Assembly: GCA_036004805.1 (NCBI GenBank)
Contig: DASYRB010000014.1
Location: 21,330 to 85,329 of the forward strand
DNA length: 64,000 bases
Source: Candidatus Norongarragalinales archaeon
GTDB taxonomy: Archaea; Micrarchaeota; Micrarchaeia; Norongarragalinales; DASYRB01
Direction: 5' to 3'
The first letter of the stretch is position 1; each line of letters opens with the position of its first letter. The notes under the pieces were generated by a model. That model had not been told where the DNA came from and made no database searches. It saw nothing but the letters and a program-made list of their open reading frames with translations. Positions 53,501-61,000 of the stretch are shown here, one piece after another. The position numbers and the translations under genes were made by a program.

Positions 53501-56500
53501 GGAATGTTAGCGTCGAGCGGGCTTGCAGCGATTGCGCCCGTTTGCAGCGAGGTTTGCGAGAACGTTATCGCTTTCGCAGAGGGCAATTCTTGCGCGTCGG
53601 TGCCGTCGTTCGCTGTTACGCGCAATCGTTGGCATGTTGGAAGGATGGCTTTCGTCTTTCCATCAGTGGTGCGTTGCACGACCGTGCCTGCGGGCAGCGT
53701 GATGGTCGCGTCTTTTTCATAAGAGAGAGGAATCTTGGTGATTTTTGCCGCTGCCGCCGCGTCTCTCGATGGCTCGATCGTGAACGGCACTCCGGCTGGA
53801 ATCGTTAGCGCTGCGATTCCGCCTTGTTGTTGCGTCGGATCGATCAGTACTGGATATGAGAGCACTTCGCCGCTCGAGAGCGTGATGATCGTGTTTTGTG
53901 CAGGGTGCGAGATTTGAAATCCTGCCGCGAGCGCGAGCGTTGCTGCGGATGGTAGTGAGAAGCGCAGCGTGGCTGTTGGTAGTCCAGCGTTTCCGAGGCC
54001 AACGTATTCTGCCGATGATGGCGCGACGGCGAAATTGATCGGTTGTACGAAATCAGTGGGGAAGAATGCTTGTGCGCCGCGTGGAAGCGTGATGAACTCG
54101 TTCGCGACGCGCGCTTCGTGCGGCAGGAGCACGCGTGTGCCGTACATGCTTACCGCGATTGAGCCGTCGGCGTTGTTTTTCGTCTTGAAACCCGCGGGAG
54201 CCGGCAACGTGAGTTGGAACGGGAGGGTGACGATTACGGGATTGAGTGGTGCACAGGGGTCGCTGCTCGAGGCGGTGATGCTGATCGGTAGTGATTTGCG
54301 TGCGTAAGTGCCTTGCACGCTAGCGATGAAATCAATTCTTGAGCCGAGTGATTCGGTGTCGAAAGTGCACGTGGTGAACGCGGTGGGCGCGTATTGAACG
54401 GTGAACGTGGCGGTTTGTTGTGGCGGCACGACGAGCGAGAGTGGTGTGACGGCGAGTCCTGGCGCGAGGGCTTGCGTGTTGATGAGCAGCGGCACGAGCG
54501 CGTTGCTCTTGATCGTGACTACTTGTTGTCCGAATGGCGTCGCTGGTGGATTGGCGGACAGCGAGAAAGTTGTGGGCGAGATGGTGAACGCGTCGTCGAG
54601 CGCGCTCGTCGAGAATGTTGATTGGACAGCGTAGCGGACGTCTTCTTCTTGCGCTATTCCTTTCGCTCGCGCAACTATGCGTACTCTGCCGGAGAACGCT
54701 TCTTGCAGCGTTTCTTGTTTGTTTGCGTATTGGTTAACTAGGTCGCTGATCCTCGCGTTCACAGTGATGGTTTTCTTTTCTTTGCCTGCGAGGCGCACTG
54801 AAGCATCCGGCGTATTGACGGTAGTGAATGATGGTTGCGAGTCTCTGAGAATCACTATGTGTACGAGGACGGGCGAGTCGAGCAGGTTTTCTACATCAAA
54901 GGATTGTTGCGTGCCTTCTTTCGAGTTGACTTGGAACGCGAGTGGTTGTGTTTCGATGCTGACGAGTTGTTTGGCAGAAACTTGGAGCTGTCCGTTGAGT
55001 TGTTTGAATCCTTCCGCCTGCACTGAATATTGTGCCGTTCCGAGATTGGCGGGAGTGACTTCTGCAGAATAAACGCCGCCGCCTTGTGGCGCGAGTTGTG
55101 TGGTGGCGCGCATCGCGTCGGTCTCCGTTCCGATCGTGACGAGCGCGTTTTCGACGTTTCTTCCGCTCGAGTCTTGGATGGTGAGTGATAGTTTGTTGTT
55201 TTGTCCCGCGAGCAGTGTTTGTGGCGTGGCACTGACGCGCAGCGCGCCGAGCGCGGATCCAGTGACGCGGATGGTGAAGTTCTTTTCGAAAAGTTTTTCA
55301 CCCTGCGCATTCGACGCTTGCAGTGTGAGAGCAGCTGATTGCGTGACGCGGTCCGCGTTGATCAAGAAGGCAGCTTCTCCGCCTGAAAATTGTAGGGCGA
55401 ATATCTTTTTGCCTTCCCTGTCGATGGCTTGTGCTTTGGTGGTTCCGGTCGCGCCGTCATTTATCGAGAGCGCGGCGCTTGATGAGAGCGTGAGGAGTAC
55501 GGGCTGCGTGTTTTGTCCGGTTATCTTGAATGCGAATTGTTCGCCCTGCGCAGCATCGAACGGTTGCGCGCTGGTTTTGCCGCTCCTGCCTTCAAAACTC
55601 CATGACAAGCAGTAGTCGTTTTGGCATTCGCCTTCGAGCGAGACCGGCAGCGCGGCGGATTGCTGCGTGTTCGCGAGCAGTTCGTTTTTCGAGATTCCTG
55701 CTTCTGCGTCGGGAGGGCTTCTCAAGATTTCGTTCTTGTCCGTGACGAAAGCAGAGCGGTGGTTGAGCGTGAACATTGTTTGCGTCGTGTTCTTGGTTTG
55801 AATCACGATGGCGATTTCGCGCGTGCCTTGGAATTGTTCGAACGAGAACTCGACCCATTTGAACCTGCCGCGGTCGGTCGCAGCGAGTTGTGCAGATGTT
55901 ACGTTCGTTTCGTTCGACGGCGCGGTGTTTTGTTGTGGTTGTGTTTGTTCGTAGTTTTCTCCCGCGACGATGCTGGCGTTCGCGTCGCTCGAGTCAAAAC
56001 CAACGATTTCTGCCGGCTCGGAATCAAGTTGTGTTTGTGCATCTCCTATGCGTACGTGCGCGGTGGCTTTGATGAAGTTGAATGTTTTGGGCGCGGCGAG
56101 CAAGTATTTCGCAGTGTAACGCGTGAATGGCGCGATGTTTTCGACTTTGCGTCCGTTGCTGTCATAAAAGCCTTGGAACTCGAGTCGCAATTGTTGCGCC
56201 ACGCTGGTTTCGATCATGTGGAACTGTGCTTGCGTTAGTGCGTTCGGCTGTACGTTGAAGGGCGCGCTCTCGAAATCGTCAAAACCTGGAGCGTTGACGC
56301 GTGCGGTTTGCGTTCCGGCAGGCACGTTGTTCGCAGTGCATTTTCCGTTCGTGCTCGTGGTGCACGTGATTTGCGCGATCGAAACGGTCGCACTAGAGAT
56401 TGGTCGTTGTGTGAAGTGGTCAATTACTTCTGCCTCGACGTTTCCGGTTCCTTTCTTGAGAATTATCGTGGCGGAGTTGTTGCCGGTCGCGAGCGTGACT

Positions 56501-57969
56501 TGTTGCGTGCCCGTTTTTTCGTTCGACGTGGCTTGGATGTCGATCGTGTCATTGGCTGGCAGGTCTTGCAAGAACGCGGTGCCGTCGGGTTGCGTGTCTT
56601 GCGGCGTGATTCCTAGAGGGAATCCGTTTCTTTTCGCGGTGATGGTGGCGCCGGCGATCGGTGATCCGTCTTCATCGGTAGCGAGCGCGTTCAGGTTCGC
56701 GGAATTTTCTGCAGTTGCTTTGTGGAGGATGAGCGTGATGGTGCCGGTCGCGTTTGCTTGTCGTGATGGCAGGAATCCTTGTCTGTAAGCGGTCGCGAGC
56801 GCGGCGCTCGTTGTGGATGGATAGTTGAACGCAGCGATGCCGTTGAGTGATTGTTTCGCGTCGATTTCGCGCGATTGCGAATCGAAAATTTTCACTATCG
56901 CGTTGGTGAGTCCGGCGCCGTTCTCGTCGATTACGTTGACGACGAGTCGCGCAGTGTTTTGATCGGTCGCGAGCGCGAGTCGTATCGCGGTCGAGGTGTC
57001 TTCTTCGATCGTGATCGTGTCTGTAGAGCGCGCATGATAGCTCGTGGCGCGAGCAGTGGCCGTGATTTTTGTGCCGAGTGCGATGTCGAGTGGCGCGATG
57101 TTGCCGTCCTTGTCGGTCGCTACTTGGAACAGTGTTTTCGCGCTTGTTGCGTCTTTGATTTCTACTTGCGCGTTAGTAATCGCGTCTCCTTCAATGCCGG
57201 TCGCAGTTCTCACGGAAATTTTGAGTTTTCCGAGTGGCGTTTGTCCTTTCGGGTAGAGGTTGATCGTGACTGGTACTGTGTCTTTGTCTTCGACGTTAAC
57301 GAGTTTTTCGCTCGGCGAATAGCCTTCCGCTGTGGCTTTGACGCGGTATTGCGTGTTGGGGTTGACGTTGAAGGAGACGATGATGTTGCCCGTGGCGTTG
57401 TCGAGCAGCGTGCCGTTCGTCGCGAAGAGGAGGACTTGTGTTTTGGCTGGCCCTTTGAGTTGTAGGTTGAGTTGTACTTTGCTCGTGGTTTTGAGTCGTG
57501 CGGTGAGCGAGAGTGTCGTGATGACTCCTTGTTTGAGTGTTCCTTGTGCGGGCGCGATGTCGAAGTCGTTGAGATAGGCGCGTGCTTCGATTTTTCCTGT
57601 TGGGACGTTTTTGAACGTTGCGTGTCCGGAGTTGTCCGTGACTTGCGTGAGTCGTTCGAACGTTGGTTTCGCTTCTGCGGATACGAGCAGGATGGTTGCG
57701 TTTTGCACGGGTTGTCCGAGGTTCGTGAGCAGCGCGACTTCTGCGCTCGTGGTGGGTAGCGTGGTGAGTGGTAGGTATGCGAAGAAATAGAGGCCTAGGA
57801 TGACGGCGAGCGTGGTTGCGGTGAATGCTGGTAGGCTTGGAATGCCGCGGTCTTCGAGGGAGTCGGCGATGCTGCGCAAGGGTAGTCCTTTGTCTTGTGT
57901 CCAGTCTAGGAACGCGTACCATTTTTCTTGCAGTTGTTCCTGCAGGTCGTCTAGAACCAAGAAATCCAC
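50497..57969 (-). CDS. Giant (2490 aa) type-II-anchored surface protein with N-terminal CarboxypepD_reg-like repeats
   Basis: The 7.5-kb ORF is uninterrupted. It begins with a ~45-aa cytoplasmic helix (MDFLVLDDLQEQLQEKWYAFLDWTQDKGLPL...), then the TM LPAFTATTLAVILGLYFFAYL. Six or more ~80-aa units follow, of the type A.V.......G....T..DG.A.F..VP.G.Y...A...G. A long beta-rich region comes next, then Ala/Gly-rich hydrophobic segments near nt ~51300-51650. Confidence 0.85.
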   Translation of the reverse strand: MDFLVLDDLQEQLQEKWYAFLDWTQDKGLPLRSIADSLEDRGIPSLPAFTATTLAVILGLYFFAYLPLTTLPTTSAEVALLTNLGQPVQNATILLVSAEAKPTFERLTQVTDNSGHATFKNVPTGKIEARAYLNDFDIAPAQGTLKQGVITTLSLTARLKTTSKVQLNLQLKGPAKTQVLLFATNGTLLDNATGNIIVSFNVNPNTQYRVKATAEGYSPSEKLVNVEDKDTVPVTINLYPKGQTPLGKLKISVRTATGIEGDAITNAQVEIKDATSAKTLFQVATDKDGNIAPLDIALGTKITATARATSYHARSTDTITIEEDTSTAIRLALATDQNTARLVVNVIDENGAGLTNAIVKIFDSQSREIDAKQSLNGIAAFNYPSTTSAALATAYRQGFLPSRQANATGTITLILHKATAENSANLNALATDEDGSPIAGATITAKRNGFPLGITPQDTQPDGTAFLQDLPANDTIDIQATSNEKTGTQQVTLATGNNSATIILKKGTGNVEAEVIDHFTQRPISSATVSIAQITCTTSTNGKCTANNVPAGTQTARVNAPGFDDFESAPFNVQPNALTQAQFHMIETSVAQQLRLEFQGFYDSNGRKVENIAPFTRYTAKYLLAAPKTFNFIKATAHVRIGDAQTQLDSEPAEIVGFDSSDANASIVAGENYEQTQPQQNTAPSNETNVTSAQLAATDRGRFKWVEFSFEQFQGTREIAIVIQTKNTTQTMFTLNHRSAFVTDKNEILRSPPDAEAGISKNELLANTQQSAALPVSLEGECQNDYCLSWSFEGRSGKTSAQPFDAAQGEQFAFKITGQNTQPVLLTLSSSAALSINDGATGTTKAQAIDREGKKIFALQFSGGEAAFLINADRVTQSAALTLQASNAQGEKLFEKNFTIRVTGSALGALRVSATPQTLLAGQNNKLSLTIQDSSGRNVENALVTIGTETDAMRATTQLAPQGGGVYSAEVTPANLGTAQYSVQAEGFKQLNGQLQVSAKQLVSIETQPLAFQVNSKEGTQQSFDVENLLDSPVLVHIVILRDSQPSFTTVNTPDASVRLAGKEKKTITVNARISDLVNQYANKQETLQEAFSGRVRIVARAKGIAQEEDVRYAVQSTFSTSALDDAFTISPTTFSLSANPPATPFGQQVVTIKSNALVPLLINTQALAPGLAVTPLSLVVPPQQTATFTVQYAPTAFTTCTFDTESLGSRIDFIASVQGTYARKSLPISITASSSDPCAPLNPVIVTLPFQLTLPAPAGFKTKNNADGSIAVSMYGTRVLLPHEARVANEFITLPRGAQAFFPTDFVQPINFAVAPSSAEYVGLGNAGLPTATLRFSLPSAATLALAAGFQISHPAQNTIITLSSGEVLSYPVLIDPTQQQGGIAALTIPAGVPFTIEPSRDAAAAAKITKIPLSYEKDATITLPAGTVVQRTTDGKTKAILPTCQRLRVTANDGTDAQELPSAKAITFSQTSLQTGAIAASPLDANIPARAQITVEACGELSDSSLLLTFAFPGGASVTLPQGTILDGNIAELPACQKVFVATTFLTELPSAQRVYFPQGSTANGLEVRVPSDAPLSILPCNPLETRSLLSASEGDLFNIDPSKLDFSISDDHKTDTKTVCIYNNATRSLKITPGPVDAALFDALPVGKMRFLKETYATFEIAARPEKPCYEFQIEAQLPASSKDAFGCVARDEDLNGQAFIKASDGRTTRAKSINATVHIKKNDAACPWKQQSTAGASLNDFSINYANDKTSERTGKAMQLSFKDAGHSRPIALINNRPENVKLQITHNTQLASCDIPETLQSGEARIVKCTSSSSTGGSSSDTLEITATGARTNENVKQIIAVTVFAPSQQAKALYTASPWGDTATLVTYGNASIPQDAFVRCEKHYCNYEQVTEAYTSFLQGLRTIVNNAATSYPSSINALCDATASGPVRKAIIIQKVASKQTAEFLASKAQQTLSSSGINAHVTGSEALMSRAGIYTITAQLNLLCGRQPATAEEWKRQASIEIEVSQLPDAQAVPENIANAALLTQEAVEGLTGNQLASFASDFKDIVTRKRAITDGVHIGNYAPQRSKLDESNAIALSRALYGTAPSADEFQESTYYSDAGFCALNGKAVLGTAASVLAGDVALLFSGVGTVQAASAFVQSVTACAAITSVKAVTGTTDTCEIMCDCALQAIAAQSSLLFPGASFGTRAGAVAAITESQRLAFKPTMSALGASFASRQTAMEFIFGAGASGYQAFKGEEPTTVGTQIGTIVPQSARLLFGPRTRAINQLVGSGLSLTTAERAADGIIDAVRNNQPVDNALLERAGVPNAQLAKTKTAASAVEKQLKDSRTFKRTKLLTPSLSGNFLRASGVAASLAAIALTTCNLKPVQTNLQATTQNHLVTFTPSSDLPSTQQICIGNDCTSAKDLCPQDSACIALQRTSQDPQGYLLIATSSDKIKDPIVLYSSVFQPDAPPVTINAQTASAAPAVDAARPIQKIVIKP

Positions 57970-58011
57970 CTGTTACGGATTAGAGCGCCAGTGGTTTAAA
58001 ACGAGGTTTTT

Positions 58012-61000
58012 TCAGCTTGCGCGGTCCGCGATGCACGTGCCGCCGGACGGGCACGCGTTGCTGGTCTTGTCGCATAGGCGGAAGGTGACGATGTCGCCGC
58101 TAGTGAACGAGGCGGGGAACGCGTTGGTCGGTCCTACTGTTGAGATGTACGGGTTTTGTCCGTTGAACACCGTGTCCGCGTTGAGTACTGTTGATTTGTA
58201 AATGATGCCGAAATAGAAGCTCGACAGCGGCTTGCCTGCGATGTTGTCTTGCGAAAAGTCCACTCTTATTGACGGGCTCGATCCTGAGAGGTCGACCTTG
58301 CAGCTGCTGTAGGGCTGCGTCGTAGAGCTGGATTGTAGCGTGTGGTATTGCACGGTGGCGGGTACTGTGTATTGGCAGGACGTTTCCGGGCCCGAGGTCG
58401 GAGCGATGGTGAAAGCGTAAGTGTTTCCTGGAACGTAAGTCGCTTCGAAGTGTCCCGTGAGCCTGTTTCCTGAAGGGATGATGGTTGCTGGCGGTGTTAG
58501 CGCGGTGACGTCTCGCTCGCCGCTAGGCTTGAACGTGCTTAGCCTGATCTGGTTTCTGGTGACGGCGCTGGGGTCTCTGTTGAACGTGAGAGTAAAGTCG
58601 ATCATGTTTCCAGTCGAGGCTCGCACGGAAGCACTCGTGCACGATAGCGCGCTGGTTGGCGTTGTTGTCGCGCCCGTACTTGGTGTTGTCGTGGTTGTTG
58701 GAGCGCTTGAGTAGCCGGCGCTTTCTTCCAGCGTGAGTGGCTGGTCGCTTGCTGGCGCGGTGCTTCCTGGAATGTTGAGTAGTGTGGTTCTTTCGCGGTC
58801 GTCTTGCGGCGGGCAGAGTAGCGAGAGCGTGTGTGCTTTGTCGTCGTATGCTCTGTAGCAGCTGCTGATCCTGGTTTCGTTGAGTGATGTTTGCGCGTCG
58901 TTCGCTAGGTAAGAGACGATTTTTCGCGTGATGAAGTTCGACCAGCTCGGCTCTTCTACGCCCGTGATCGTGATGGGCGTGCTTCCGAGCGCGATGGTTA
59001 TTGGCGGCCTGCTGGCAGCGATGAGCGCGTTTCCTGAAGCGTAAACCACTATTTGTCCTGGAATGATTTTTCCTGCGTCGCCTCCGAACTTTGTTCCCCA
59101 GAGCACTGTCTTTTCGAGAGGCTGCATCGTGTTGCTGGGCTTGTTCAGCAGGAACGAGGAGGACGTCATGACTGGGCAAATGCTCGGGTCGTTCACGGGC
59201 ACCGCGTTGCAGACCCATTGTCCAGACGCGCTGGAGTCGGTGACGAGGTTCTTGAGCGTTCTCGTCGTGGCGCGCGTTGCTGTGAAGTAGTCCTTGAGTT
59301 CTTGGAACACTTTCACGACGCCATCGATCGATATTCGAGTGGCTCCGGTCTTGTTTTCGGTGGTCGTTGGGTGAATGATGCTCGTTCCGATCGCGTCAGC
59401 CTTTGCGGTGGTGCATTGCCACTCGTAGTAACATGATCGCACTTCGATGGATGGTTGCGCGTCTTGGAATCGCGGGTTTCCTTGCGCGTCGGCGAGCGGT
59501 TGGTAGATGCCCATCACGTCGAGCGAAGGATCGGGCTGGTTGAACTTGTACTTGTTCAACGTCGCCAGATTGATTCCTGGATTCGAGTCGGTGACTTTCG
59601 CGCTTTGTACGGTGTAAGTGTCTTTTTCGAGTTTGACGTATTGGTATTTCTGGTCGTTCGTCTTCTTGCACGAAATGTCAGGCGCGGTGTTTCCGGTTTG
59701 CAGAGTCGCGTCGCAAGTGAACAACTGCGTTCCAGCATCCGCGCCAGCTTTGCGTTCCGGCACGTTCACCGTGATCTTGTTCGTGAGGAGCGGCACGGCT
59801 TCGCTGACTTTCTGGTACTTGCTTTCCGTTTGCTGTCCTGTAGGGTCTGGTCCGAATGGAGTGCCGAACAATCCCGCGACTGCCGGGCTTGTCGGCGGTT
59901 GGAACTGGTTGTAGTAATTGTATTGGTATGGCGAGAATCCTTGCATTCCTGGCGTTTGGTATTGTACGAATCCTGGATAGTTTTGTCCGAGACGCATCGC
60001 GCCCGCGAGGCTCGAGGCTTTAGCGATTCCGCCGATTAGCGCGACGTTGCACGCGGCTTGTATTCCGCTGATTCCGAGCTGAGTGGCTACTTGTCCTTTG
60101 CGTTTCGCGACGAACCAAGCCTTGTCGCCGATCGTTCCCTGGCAAATCGCTTGCACTTGCACGGTCGGGTCGCAGACCAAGTTTTGCGCGCTCGCGCCTT
60201 GCGCAATGGTGCATGCTTGGTAGTCGGGGTCGCGGCACATTTCTCCCGCGACAGTATAGAGCGCGTAAACTCCTGCGTCGCTGAATCTCGCGAGCCAGTT
60301 TCCGAGCTTGTCTTCGGTGGTGAATGTTCCTGGGACGTATTCTTTGAGTTCCTCGTTAACGAGCGCTTTCACGGTGTCTTGGGTGATCGCGCGCGTGCAG
60401 TAACCATCGCGGCATCTCTCGAGCGTGGGCGCGTCCGTGTACAAGGAACCGACGCTGTCGAATTGTGCGAATCCTTGGTCGTTCGCCGACGTCCTTCCGA
60501 GGTCGGGCGCGATGTTGATGAGTTTGGCGTAGTCGTATTTCACGTCCGTTGGTGAACCACCGGCGCTCGCGACCGCTTTCGCGCCGCTCGTCGTGATGAC
60601 TAGTTTTTGTTCGCTCGGGAGTTCTCCAGGCTTGACGTTTACGGTTTCGGTTTGCGCGATGGAGATTTCAGTGTTCGGAATGTCGCTGATGGGTGCGAGC
60701 GCAATGTTGTTCACCAATAGTAGCGGCTCGATGCTTTCTTTGAGCTTGGGTTCTGCGCGCGCGGTGATGTTCGCGGTCGGTCCGGGCGTCAATATGAGTG
60801 CGAGCTTGCTTGGGTTGTTTCCTACGATGTTTACCGCTACGGAGTATGACTTTTTGCCGAGTCCGCCGATCGAGAACGCGCCGATGTCGAATGTTTTCGA
60901 GCGCTGGTCTTCAGCTCCGGAGAAGCCGATCTTGAATTTTCCGTCGCTCGTGATGCTCTTCGTTAGGCATTTTTGTCCGCTGAACACTGCCGCGATGGTT